Shown here in pieces: positions 37,220-49,332 of a stretch of DNA of 64,000 nt. Position numbers and translations under genes: made by a program. This stretch comes from Raja brachyura. Taxonomy: Eukaryota. Under the pieces are notes generated by a model, which saw only the letters and a program-made list of their open reading frames with translations, was not told the origin of the DNA and searched no databases. The stretch is from the NCBI GenBank assembly GCA_963514005.1, contig OY740810.1, forward strand, positions 21,638,001 to 21,702,000. The letters are read 5' to 3'. Each line of letters begins with the position of its first letter. The first letter of the stretch is position 1.

Positions 37220-37505
37220 TCAACCCACTGAGTCAACACTGACTATCGATCACCCATTCACAGTAGTCATACATTGTTCCACATACGCATCCACTGTCTG
37301 ATCACTTGGGGCAATTTACAGAGGTCAATTGACCTACAAATACACACATCCTTGGGATGAAGGAGGAAACTGGAGCACCCGGGGGAAACCCGCACAGTCA
37401 CGGGGACAAAGTACAAATTCCACACAGACAGCACCTGAGATCAGGATCGAACCCGGGTCTCTGGTGCTTTGAGAGAGCAGCTCTATCGGCTGTGCCACTG
37501 TTCCA
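37220..37505 (-). mobile_element. HE1-like V-SINE, older
   Basis: GGATCGAACCCGGGTC B-box and V-domain motifs. Confidence 0.75.
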
Positions 37506-37580
37506 CCCTGCAGTGAAGGATAATCTTGGCTCTCTCTCTCTCTCTCTCTGTGGTACTGATGCTATGCTGCATTGTCGGGC

Positions 37581-37860
37581 ATTAAGAATAAGGAGGAAGC
37601 CATTTAGAACGGAGACGAGGTAACACTTTTTCTCACAGAGAGTGGTGAGTCTGTGGAATTCTCTGCCTCAGAGGGTGGTAGAGGCAGGTTCTCAGGATGC
37701 TTTCAAGAGAGAGCTAGATAGGGCTCTTAAAAATAGCTGTCAGGGGATATGGGGAGAAGGCAGGAATGGGGTACTGATTGGGGATGATCGGCCATCATCA
37801 TATTGAAGCGCTGAATGGCCTACTCCTGCACCTATTTGTCAATTGTCTATTGTCTATTGT
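37581..37860 (+). mobile_element. CR1-like LINE 3' end
   Basis: LRIRRKPFRTETR..FFSQRVVSLWNSLP and the tail GGCCTACTCCTGCACCTAT(TGTCTAT)n. Confidence 0.88.
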
Positions 37861-38076
37861 ATATTTGAGGTTGGCACTCTTGTGTGATGCCATAGGTAAT
37901 CTACACCATGGATGTATCTCATTTAGATAAAACGCTAACCCAAGGCCCCATCACAGTTTATTGTCTGATTATTGGCAGTTTATTATCAGAATGGTGTTCG
38001 ATTAGGAAAAGAGGAGGTGCATCGAGTCCTGGGTGTCCATGTACATCAGTCACTGAAAGTAAGTCTGCAAGTACTG

Positions 38077-38373
38077 CATTTGAGTATAGGAGCAAGGAGG
38101 TCCTATTACAGTTGTACAGGGTCCTGATGAGACCACACCTGGAGTATTGTGTGCAGTTTTGGTCTCTTAATTTGAGGAAGGACATTCTTGCTATTGAGGG
38201 AGTGCAGCGAAGGTTCACCAGGTTAATTCCCGGGATGGTGGGACTGACATATGATGAAAGAATTGATTGACTGGGCTCGTATTCACCTGAATTTAGGAGG
38301 GGAGGGAATCTTATAGAAACATATAAAATTATTAAGGGACTGGACAGGCTAGGGGCAGGAAAAATGTTCACGA
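38077..38373 (+). mobile_element. CR1-like LINE fragment, left part (target of DIRS copy 3)
   Basis: EYRSKEVLLQLYRVLMRPHLEYCVQFWS...EGVQRRFTRLIPG. Confidence 0.9.
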
Positions 38374-38557
38374 TGAGTGACTACATGAAGAAGGCCGTCC
38401 CCACGCATGCACGTCATTACATCCGATGCATTACGCAACGACTGACCAGCGGGTAAGTTTAAAGACTCAGGTAAGTGTTTAAAACTTAGCTGAAGTCGTT
38501 GCTCCCGGTCCGGAGTGTGTTTGCTTACCGTTTTTTCAGCTTCAGATTGCGGAAGAC

Positions 38558-39724
38558 ATGTAAAAAGTGAAGAGGCGAGCCGCGACAAAACCGGCTGCAG
38601 AAGACCACGGGTCTGCGGGCAGCGTGCGACCACCGAATTTGCCTACAGGGCTGCTGGCAGAGCAGCCAGCAGCTACAGGCTTGGCCCGACTACAGATGAG
38701 TCGGGCCAGGAGGTGTAAAATTCCCCTCCTTCTATGGGCAACGTTATTGGCAGGCTGGCCCACATTGAGAACCTACTGGAGAGGTTACTCCAACACGATA
38801 TGCTCCAAAGGGCGGAGCTATCGGAGCCCGGGGAGTATAGATAACCCAAGGCAGCAGCACCTATGTCAAGGTTGCAGAATATCTCCCTCTCAGATGAGGG
38901 GAGCGTACGAGGCCAGTGCTATACTGACCCAGAGTATGGAGGCACAGTTGGGCAAGAGGGAACATCGGGTGTACCATCTATGGCATCCAGATTTGTGATC
39001 CCTGCCCTTACAGGTGAGCCATTGGACGAAGAGCTCGCAATGACCATTAATTATCTGGCTTCCCATCAACTTCAAGAACAAACAATGGAGGAGACAACTG
39101 CCAGGTATCACACTCCACTAAACTGTGCCTCACTAAGTGTCCCGGTTGTTAACCAATCCATTTGGGGACGCATTGGAAGGAGCATCAGAGCTCAAGAGGT
39201 TATAATCCAAAGAATCCTCAGGCTACTCGCCTCGGGCATCACGGCCTTTGCTAGGTCAGTGGACGGCCTTTGCTAGGGGCACCCCTCTCGGATACACAGC
39301 AGGACACGATGGCATTAATGTGCAATGCACATTTTGAAATCAGTTGCCTTAGAAAGAATGCCATCTGTCCTGCTCTAAATCCTAAATTTGCTGGGTTATG
39401 TAAGCCAGGGAATATACAACCCCTAACCTCCTGTTTGGAGAAGACCTGTCTAAACAGGTAAAAGAGCTTGATGAGGAGGCAAAAACTGTTGGCCTCATGA
39501 AGGCACCTCCTAAGGTATTGTCTTTCCGGAGACTGTACCCCTACCCTCCTCTTCATACCAGACGGTTCGCTGGATATGGTGGACATGATGCCGAGCAACA
39601 AGCACAGAGGCCTTTTTTAGCGCAGGGCCCAAGCCGGGACATGTTCAAGGTGCGGCGCTCTCCAACAGCCCTACCCCCCAGACCTCGGGGGCAGTGCAGA
39701 GACCTTACTGCTGGTAAAGTCTAA
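38558..39724 (+). pseudogene. DIRS ORF1 (gag-like), frameshifted
   Basis: FVIPALTGEPLDEELAMTINYLASHQLQE...LNCASLSVPVVN; CPALNPKFAGLCK. Confidence 0.82.
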
Positions 39725-39740
39725 GGTAAGTGAGCCTGCG

Positions 39741-41446
39741 ATGGATCCATTACAAGTTGGGGGAGTTTGCAATTTTTCTTACATGAATGGCAGTGGATAA
39801 CATCTAACCCATTTATACTACATAGTATTCAAGGTTTCCAAATTGAGTTCATTTCTGACTTGGCTCCACCCACTCAGCATACACCTGGCCACACTTTTGT
39901 GTTTTCACAACAGGAGTGTATGAGTGCACAAAGAGAACTTGACTCTTTGTTCAAGAAAGGGGTAATTGAGAGGGCGAGTCGTGAGTCTCATCAGTTTGTG
40001 TCCAACATAGTTACAAGGCAAAAGAAGGATGGAGGATGTCGAATTATCCTTGATTTAACAGAGCTTAACACCTTTGTGCAGTATAAACACTTTAAAATGG
40101 AAACATTTGTGACTGCCAAACAACTGCTTTCCAAGGGATGTTATATGGCAAGCATTGACCTCAAAGATGCTTACTATTCAGCGGCCATTCATGAAAATCA
40201 CAGGAGATTTTTGAAGTTTAACTGGATGGATCAGTTGTGGCGGCTTAAAGCATTGCCTAATGGATTAACCTCAGCCCCCAGACTATTCACAAAATTGCTA
40301 AAACCAGTCCTGGGGTTACTCAGGGCACAGAATCATGTTGTCATGGCATATTTGAATGACATTTTAGTCATTGGGAGGACTTTCGAATTAGCTGAATTAT
40401 CTGTGTCAGCTACAAAACTCGTTTATGAAAAGCTAGCGTTTTTAATCCATCCAGTTAAGTCTAAATTGGTACCATCTACGATAATTGACTATTTGGTTTC
40501 ACCATTACCTCAGTACACATGTCAGTGACTCTGCCTCAGGGCAAGCAATTAGAGTTAATTGAAGCCTGCAGGAAACTCATTGTTCATAATCACCCGTCAT
40601 TAGACATGTGGCTTGTATAATTGGAAAATTAGTGGCAGCGTTCCCAGGATAACCATCAGTTATCCTGCAGACTGATGCCAGTGCACTAGGATGGGGTGCT
40701 ACCGATACCGTCTCGAGCTGCGGTGGAAGATGGGGTCTGCAGGAAGATGCTTCAGTCATACGGTATTAACTACTTAGAGTTGTTGGGAGCACTCTATGGG
40801 TTAAAGGCTTTTTGTGCCAACATGCATCATGTGCATGTCCAACTTCAGATTGGTAACACTACTGCAGTAGCGTACATTAATCACATGGGTGGAAGTAGGT
40901 CTGTATCCTGTGATAGGTTGTATAATCTCCTCTGGCACTGGTGTATTGCGAGAAACATCTGGGTTTCAGCTATCTATTTACCAGGTAGATATAACATAGT
41001 AGCAGACATCAGATCACGAGAGTTCAATGATAACAAAGAATGGATGTTAAATCACAAAGTGTTTAATGATATTGTCCTTTGTTATGGTGTACCGGACATT
41101 GATCTGTTTGCTTCCAGGCTTAATCATCAGTTACCAATTTATGTGTCATGGGAGCCAGATCCAGGGGCAGTAGCAGTAGATGCATTCTCACTACACTGGG
41201 GTGGGCAAATTGTGTATGTTTTTCCCCCATTCTGCCTCATTACTCGATGTGTGGCAAAAATTTAGCAAGACTCCGCCACTGGCATATTGGTAGTGCCCTA
41301 CTCAGCATTGGTTCCCTCTGGTTCTAGCCTTAATTACACAGCCTTTTATGGCAGTGCCCAAGAGCAGAAATCTGCTGGTACACCCAGTGACAGGGGAAAG
41401 CCACCCTCTTCATGACCGTATAAATTTGTTGGTTTGCAGATTCTGA
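39741..41446 (+). pseudogene. DIRS RT, RNase H and adenine methyltransferase-like ORF, disrupted
   Basis: KKDGGCRIILDL, IDLKDAYYS, YLND (catalytic D lost), a deletion of ~170 nt at 40647, INYLELLGA, PDIDLFASRLN, YVFPPF. Confidence 0.92.
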
Positions 41447-42436
41447 GGAGATCGTTCCCGGGGCTCGGGCTTTCAGAGCATACCATAGATGTCATCACTA
41501 CGGCCTGGAGGAAGAGCACACAGAAACAGTACATCTCTCACATAACGAAGTGGGAGATATACTGTTCCCGCTCTAACATTTCATATGACACAGCTTCTAT
41601 TATGGACGTTTTGGAATTTCTTTCATCACTTTTTCATGATAACAAGCTCAGTTACAGTGCCATTAACAGTGCCCAGAGTGCTTTGTCAAATTATTTACGG
41701 CTGGGGTCAGTGAACCACACAGTAGGGTTTCACCCTTTAATAACCAAGTTTATGAAGGGCATTTTTTAACTCCACTCCACCTAGACCTAGGTACACACAC
41801 ATACGGGGTGTGAGCATGGTCCTCACACTGCTCCATCAGTGGGCACCAGTTTCATCTCTGTCCCTGCAACATCTTACACTCAAAGTAGTCGTGCTCATAG
41901 CACTGACCTCAGCACAATGGGTCCAGACATTACAAAAACTCAGATTGGACAGTATGGGTACTTCCTGTAATAACATCACCTTTTTCGTTCATGACCTCGT
42001 CAAGCAGAGCAGGCCAGGGATACAGGGGCTCAAATTGAGTTTTATGACATACCCCTCAGATCCACAAGTATGTGTAGTGTCATACATAATCCAATACATA
42101 AAGGTCACTAAGAGCCTGAGAGGCTCGGAACTCTCCTTCTTTGTCAGCTACACCAAACCTCACAAAAAGATTAAGGTGCAGACCATCTCTAGATGGATTA
42201 AACAGGTTCTGGCGTGTGCAGGAGTGGACACTGACATTTTTAAACCTTATTCTACCAGGGCTGCATCGACATCAGCAGCAAGGGATATGGACGTCCCTCT
42301 TGCCGACATTCTAGCGGCTGCGGGATGGTCGAATGAGAGGACTTACCAGAGGTTTTATAATAAGCCTATCGCCAGACCGGGGATTTTTGCTTATTCTGAT
42401 TCTGCTGAAATTGTTTCACAGTTTCCCCCTGGGTGA
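41440..42436 (+). pseudogene. DIRS tyrosine recombinase, inactivated
   Basis: AWRKSTQKQY; SAQWV (R>W), YSTR (H>Y), AAGW, YQRFY; frameshift near 41765. Confidence 0.92.
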
Positions 42437-42852
42437 GAGGGTTCACTGTTTATTTTCTTTCTTGTTATGAAAGCATTAGTGTTGTTAACAATGTCATGTT
42501 TTGAATGCATTAATTTCCTGGGCATGAAATCACAGACCTTCAAAATCTTCAAGTAGTCACTCACGTGACTCCGAAGTAAAATAGTAAGATTAAATGAGAA
42601 CTTACCAGTTTGAAGTTTGATCATTATTTTATGAGGAGTTACGTTGAGGGAATACGTGCCCTCCCTACCCTCGCAACGTAACGATCTTTCTGTAAGTTCT
42701 AGTCAACTATTGTCTTACTATTTTAGTTCAACAACTTTTCTGTGATTTCACACCACTGCTTTGAAGATTGACGCGCATGCGTGGGGACGGCCTTCTTCAT
42801 GTAATCCCTCAACGTAACTCCTCATAAAAAATTCTCGTTTAATCTCACTATT

Positions 42853-43057
42853 TTCTGTCACAGAAGGCAGTGGAGACCAATTCACTGGATGTTTTCAAGA
42901 GAGAGTTAGATATAGCTCTTAGGGCTAACATAATCGGCTTAGGGAGAACAAAGGAACGGGGTACTGATATTGGATGATCAGCTATGATCATATTGAATGG
43001 CGGTGTTGGCTCGAATGGCCTACTCCTGCACATATTTTCTACATTTCTATGTTTCTA
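42853..43057 (+). mobile_element. CR1-like LINE 3' end, right part
   Basis: TTCTGTCACAGAAGGCAGTGGAG...GGCCTACTCCTGCACATAT(TTTCTAT)n aligns with 37660-37860. Confidence 0.85.
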
Positions 43058-43636
43058 TCACCTCTCCCGGGGCCTAAAAAAATTCCCATCTCACTATTTT
43101 GAAAATGAACAGGAATGTTACTCCAGGTCAATATTCATTCCTTATTCAACATTTTTGCAAAACTAAATTTAATCACCACCATATTAGTATTTACAGGAGC
43201 TCACTGAATACAAATTAGGAGACCTGTTTGCCACATTACAACAATGATTACACTTCAAATTCAGGAAGGTAAAGGCACCATAAAAATGCAAGACTTCCTA
43301 TTAGTTTAACTGCAACTTTATGGCACAGTTATTTTGAAAGAAGTTAAAGGAAAACATTTTTACTTTTCTTGACCTTGGGAGGTAGCAATGGTCATTTTGG
43401 CAAATCATGTACTTCATAAGTGTGGTTTCATTTACAAAGGAGAAAGAACAGAATTAATTTTGCATTTAATTTAAAGCCTCCACAATCAAAATCTGACAAT
43501 GGCCAATTTGCTTCGGTGGTGTTTGCTGAATGATGGTGATTATTTGGACCCTGGGAAGATCCCGTTGCACTTCATTGAAATAGTTCTGTGGACCCTTTGA
43601 AATGATAGAGCCAGTGGAAAACTTGGTTCAATGTCT

Positions 43637-45199
43637 TTTTTTTGAATAATTTTTTTATTAGCAATAAACAATTCTCAATGTTTAAAACTGAGTTATAAAC
43701 ATCCACTTAAATCAATATTTGTACTCTAATGATTATTATCTTATTTTTTTTTTTGAAAATAAAAGTGGGTAAAGAGAAATACCATTATTAATCAATAAAA
43801 TTATAATTCCTTAATAATTATTTGGTATAAAAGAAAAAGAAAAAATGAAGAAAAAGAAAAAAGACATATTATGTATATATATCAATTAAAAGCCACACAA
43901 TATATTATAAATGAAACAACTACAAATAATAATATCAGTAAAGACATGCATATATCCTGGTATACCAATACATTATTTTCATCAAATCCCGCAGGGTGTC
44001 AGTCGAGCCGTGATGCCAAGAACAGCTACTTCTCTAAATACTGTATATATGGAGACCATATCTGTTGAAAAGAATTATACTCGTCCAAAAGGACAAATCT
44101 GATTCTTTCCAACTGCAACGTCTCCAACATCTCTGATGCCCACATTTTAATTGTTGGGGATAATGTTCCCTTCCAAAATTTCAATATTATTTTTTTCCCT
44201 AATATCAAACAATAATCAAGGAAATTTCTTTGGTCTAGTGTAAATATCAAATTAGCCTCTGGAATTCCCAGTATTATTAGCTTTGGGTCGGGTTCTAATT
44301 TAACCTTAAGAACTTCAGAAATTACTTTAAAAATTTCTGTCCAATAATAATTCAATTTAGGACATGTAACAAAACTGTGTGTTAAATTTGCTTCTAAATT
44401 CTTACATTTATCACAAATAGAGGAGAGATTAGGAAATATACTATTTAATTTGGCTTTTGAATAATGTAATCTATATAATACTTTAAATTGTATTAATATA
44501 TGTCTAGCATTTAACGAGCACCGGTGTATTCGTTGTAGACTTTCTTCCCAATTTTCTTTGGTTATAGGTGATCCAATTTCATTTTCCCATGCTTGACGAT
44601 ATGTTTCAGTTATTGGATTCTCCTTATCCATAATGATGTTATATATATAAGCTATTAATTTTTCTGTGGTTGGATGCCAGTTAAACGATTCATCTAATAA
44701 TCCTGGTTCCTTATTTTTAAAATCCTGTGTATTAGATTTAATATAATCTCTAATTTGGAAATACCTAAACAAATGCTGTGAAGACAATCCGTAGATATCT
44801 TGTAATTCCTGAAATGAAAGAAATTTTCCATTTCTATAAAGGTGCTCTACCCTTGTAATTCCTAAATTATCCCAATGTCTGAACCCTCCATCCAATGTGG
44901 AGGGCTTAAATAATGGATTATTCATAATTGGTAATCTAAATGAAAGGTTGTCTAAATGTAAAGTCTTGACTATTTGTTTCCAAATACGTCTATTATTATA
45001 AATGATTGGATTGTCCCTATAAGTTTTTTTTTGAACTTCCTTTGGGGCAAAAATAATTGAATCTACGTTGAAAGGCAAACAATCTTCCTTTTCTATCTTT
45101 AGCCACGTTGGTTCCAGGTCCGTATTTACCCACCAAAAATTCATATTCTTAATCTGTACTGCCCAGAAGTAGTATAAAAAATTTGGAAGTGCTAATCCT
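43637..45199 (-). mobile_element. 5'-truncated L1-clade LINE
   Basis: Perfect 17-bp TSD AACTTGGTTCAATGTCT (43620-43636 and 45200-45216), an A-tail, an AT-rich 3' UTR and the ORF2 C-terminus. Confidence 0.92.
44026..45199 (-). pseudogene. L1 ORF2 C-terminal region (post-RT, CCHC zinc knuckle)
   Basis: Uninterrupted frame from GLALPNFLYYFWA through LIQFKVLYRLHYS and CDKC...NLTHSFVTC to WSPYIQYLEK. Confidence 0.9.
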
Positions 45200-45554
45200 A
45201 ACTTGGTTCAATGTCTGAGTTGAACAACTGCCCTTCTAACAAGGCTGAGCTTCCTCAGAGCGACACTGCAGGGTGTGCTCAGAGTTCTTGTTCAATCCCC
45301 TGCAGTACAATCTGAACATATAATTTTCAGTCTAGGAGATGAGACAGTTTCCATTGAGTTACAGGCTGATGCTGAAAGCTATCCATTCTGTTAAATACCT
45401 ATCCTACTGCAGCATGAAGGAATATTTGCCCAAATATTTTAAAATTATATTTATATTTGCTCTTTTAAATACATTTGGCTGATGTTACCATGGTTGCTTC
45501 TGATTTGCTCACACATGGTCCACCATGCTGTAATATCAATTTAGACAAGGAGTC

Positions 45555-46300
45555 GTGATAGAGGCCTGGGGAGTGTTGTAGATTAGAGGGATCGAGTAGT
45601 ACAGGTACATAGATCCCAGAAAGCGGGGTCACAGGTAGATAGGGTAGTCAAGAAGGCTTTGATAAATTGCCTTAATCAGTCAGGGTATTGAGTAAAGGGT
45701 GTTATATTACAGTTGTACAAGACATTGGTGTTCAGTTTTGGTCACCCTGCTAGAGGAATGATGTAATTAAGCAGGAAGGCGTGATGAGAATTTATGAGGA
45801 TGTTGCCAGGACTTGAGAGGTAGATCTATAGGGAGAGGTTGGTCAGGCTAGAACTTCATTCCTTGGAGTGCAGGAGGCTGAGCAGTGCTTTTAGAGAGCT
45901 GTATCATATCAAGAGGGGGAATAGTTAGCATGAATGCACAGTCTTTTACCCATGGTAAGGAATCAAAAACAAGGGGTCTTATTTTTAAGGTGAGAAGAAT
46001 AAGATTTAATACACACTTTTTAAAAAAATATATCTTTATTTATTAGAGGTACCGTAAGTTACATCAGTGCACATCCCGATTTAATACAAACTTGAGGGGC
46101 AACTTTTTCATTCAGCAAGTGGTGGACAAATGGAATGAGCTGCCAGAGGAGGAAATTGAGGGAGATGACAACAACATTTAAAACATACACCTGGATGGGT
46201 ATGTGTATAGGAAAGGTTGAGAAAGATATGGACAAATGGGACTAGCTTAGGTGAGGCATTATGGTTGGCAAGGACAAGTTGGGCCAAGGGGCCCGCTTCT
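45555..46300 (+). mobile_element. CR1-like LINE 3' fragment, old
   Basis: TTACAGTTGTACAAGACATTGGTG...GATGTTGCCAGGACTTGAG...GCAGGAGGCTGAG...GGGCCAAGGGGCCCG. Confidence 0.8.
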
Positions 46301-46504
46301 GTCACTTGCTTCCAAATGTACAAAGCAGGAGAAAGGAATGCCTCCACATGTCTGGGAAGCTGATACACTGAGTCCTGGCCACTCAGCCTGGGGTCTTGAA
46401 TCTATTGGAAACATCAACCAGACAGCTCCAGAGACTCTCCTTATTTAGGACATCATGAGCACACTCCCTTTCCAATCCAGGAGAGATTCATCATTGGGAA
46501 ATAA

Positions 46505-46890
46505 GGTCATAAGATCATGTGATAGGAGCAGAATTAGGCCATTCGGCCCATCGTCTACTCCGACATTCTGTCATGGCTGAACTATCCCTCCCTCCTAACC
46601 CCATTCTTCTGCCTTCTCTCCTTAACATCTGACATCCATACATCAAGAATCTATCTATCTCTGCCTTAAATATATCCACTGACAGCCCCCACAGCATTCT
46701 GTGGCAAATAATTCCACAGATTCACCACCCTCTGACTAAAGAAATTCCTCCTCATCTCCTTCCGAAAAGAACGTCCTTTAATTCTGAGCTCCCTCTCATT
46801 CTTCTAAACTCTAACGAGTACAGGCTCCGTGCCGTCAAATTCTCATCATATGTTAACCTATTCATTCCTGGGATCATTCTTGTAAACCTC
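46505..46890 (-). mobile_element. CR1-like LINE 3' fragment
   Basis: LSVDIFKAEIDRFL; tail GGCCTAATTCTGCTCCTATC. Confidence 0.85.
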
Positions 46891-47304
46891 CTGAAACAAA
46901 ATGGAAATAAGCCCTTTGGCTCTCCGAGTACACCAACTGATGACTGCCTATTTTTACGCAGTTCCTACACCTAACACCCATTTTATTTTGTCGGAAGGAA
47001 CTGCAGATGCTGGTTTACGCTGAAGATCAACACAAAATGCTGGGGTTACTCAGCAGGACTGGCTGCATCTCTGGAGAGAAGGAATGGGTGATGTTTGGTA
47101 TCCCTGTCCCAACATACCTGTCTACTGATGGAGGCCTGTGCTTCAGAACTAGCTGAAATCTGTGCCTGGTGTCGTATATTACAGCCTTAATACCAAAAAG
47201 ACTCATCCATAAGCTTCTGTACCTTGTTCTTGGGGCCTCCATCTGAACCTGGCTTCGGGGTTCCTGACCTGCAGAGCTCAGTCAGTCAGAATTAGTCATA
47301 ATAT

Positions 47305-47840
47305 TTCCTCTACCCTGACTGTCAACACTGCTGCCCTCAGGGCTGTGTGCCTCAGTCCTTTGTTTTGCTCCCTGTATACCCATGACTGTATGGCCAAGCA
47401 CCATGCCAACGTCATTCTGAAGTTCTCCAACGACACCACTGTTGTCCATGGACCTGCAACAAGGAGATGAAGCACAGGAAATAGATTGGGAATCGTGTAC
47501 CATGGAGTCAGGATAACAACAAAGCCCTTAACGTCAGTACGCTTTAGTTTATTAATCCAAGGAAGCGAGGGGATGAACACAACCCCATCCTCATCAATGG
47601 AGCTGCCGCAGCGATAGTCGACAGCTTCAAGTTCATAGGTATCCATATCGTCACATATTTAATATTTTTGCCCTACTTCAGATAGCACTCTATCTTGCAC
47701 CAATCTGTTAGTTTGCATCCATTGTATTGATTGTATTTATCATTAGTGTATGTATTTTGTTCACACTGTGTGCTTCATGTGAACAAGGAATTTCATTCCA
47801 CCGTGGTTTGTGTGAGTATAAACTAATCGGAACCTGAATC
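47305..47840 (+). mobile_element. Rex1/Babar-like RT fragment with a 3' tail
   Basis: Decayed TLTVNT.APQGCV.LSPLF.SLYTHDC.A...NVILKFS.DTTVV. Confidence 0.75.
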
Positions 47841-48039
47841 TGAATTTGATGCTACTTCAGAGCAAGCATGTTCATCTCTGCAAGTGGTCGAATGAAACGA
47901 GGAATGTTGATTCCCATTCAATGCACAATTAGTGCAAAGCCAGCATTTTAATACCATGGACTTTCGTGTTGCATCGCATTAAACTTTTTTTTTCTCTTCC
48001 CATTTCTGTTGGCACTACTTAAAGAAAGCTCATTATGTA

Positions 48040-48390
48040 TAATTAAGGGATTCGTGCCTATCTGTACATGTGTGGGCAGAAGCCGACAGTGAAACACCTG
48101 GCTTTGTCCTCTTGCTTGTTGAGGCAGTTGATGCTTTCCGGCGTTTGATTCACCATTAGACCTGGCGCTGTCACCGTGGAAACAGCAGGGTCATTAATGG
48201 TGAATATGTGGCAGTTATCGGCAAAAACTGTCTTTGCCGGGCCTGCCGCTCCGTTTCTTAATCGATCCTGACAGTTGACCCCACTTGGTGACAGATTGAT
48301 TCTGGCTTGTTGCTCTTGACAATTGATGATAATCCCAATCATTGACTTCTCATGTGCAAACGTTACGCAGCCATTGACACACACACACAT
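48040..48390. promoter_or_regulatory. Candidate conserved non-coding enhancer
   Basis: Non-repetitive and CpG-retaining, with three TGACAG sites (48168 minus, 48269, 48289), adjacent GATTGAT, TAATCGAT and CATTAATG. Confidence 0.35.
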
Positions 48391-48915
48391 GTAGAATTTA
48401 ATTGTGGATTAGATAATTGAATAACAGAACAGGGAATGGGGAAATGGGAATCATCAAATCCGGACTTTATCCCGTTTCCTCCTTATCCATACCCTTGCAG
48501 CCGTTTTTGTTTAAACAGGTAAAAATAAATATCTTTCCAATGCTGCTGTTTCTTTTAGAACAAACTCGAAAATACCAGCCCAGTGTAAATAAGTCTCCCC
48601 ATGTTACCTCTAATTATTTTTCCCATCATTTTAAACCTGACAGCTGCTTGCTTGCACTCTGCAATAGAACTCATTCACGCCATCAAATCTACCCATGCCA
48701 GGAAATTCTTCTTAACCTTCTCTGCTGAAGATAAAACAATCGCAGGTCCCCAAACACTTTATCCCTGATACCATTCCAGATGGATTTCAAGGCTTTGACA
48801 GCTTTCCTAAAGTGTATTGCCCTGTTTTGAATACAATGCTCTATCTGGGGACTATTTTTTGTAAAGGACCAGCATGACTTTCTTGACGCTCTATTCATTT
48901 ATAAATCTAACCTTT

Positions 48916-49231
48916 TTAGTTTAGTTTAGAGGTGCAGTGCGGAAACAGGCCCTTCGTCCCAACGAGTCCAAAAGGACCAGCGATCCCCGCATATTAACAC
49001 TTTCTACACACACTAAGGACAATTTACATTTATACCAATCCAATTAATCTACAATCCTGTACATCTTTGGAGTGTGGGAGGAAACCGAAGATCTCAAAGA
49101 AAACCCATGCAGGTCATGGGGAGAACGTACAAACTCCTTATAGACAAGCACCCATCGTCAGGATCGAACCCGGGCCCCAAAGCTCTGGCACTGTAAGGCA
49201 GCAACTCTGCCCCTGAGTCACCGTACCGCCC
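48916..49231 (-). mobile_element. HE1-like V-SINE
   Basis: (TTTAG)n tail, V domain, B-box GGATCGAACC. Confidence 0.85.
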
Positions 49232-49332
49232 TGTAGTTATATGTCATTTTACAGCACAGTCCTGTTATTTCCAAAAGTTGGATCATACACACAGTTTTTT
49301 TTCTACACCCTGTATTTTTTAATTCATAGTAC

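Larger units (their letters stand above)
38374..42852 (+). mobile_element. DIRS-type retrotransposon, copy 3 (5' tip lost, internal deletions)
   Basis: ITRs at 38382-38416 and 42769-42803 (34/35 match), ICR at 42546-42658, and a 3' end CACTATT. Confidence 0.94.
43470..45370 (-). mobile_element. Ancient Deu-domain/SacSINE-like SINE split by the L1 insertion
   Basis: CTTGGTTCAATGTCT..GAACAACTGCCCTTCTAACAAGGCTGAGCTTCCTCAG resembles the reverse complement of the Deu-like relic at 62950-63010; decayed tRNA-like head near 45310-45368. Confidence 0.45.

Noticed and set aside
48058-48728. ORFs of 110 and 103 aa in unique sequence
   Set aside because: No recognisable domain, codon pattern or splice context; more likely non-coding.
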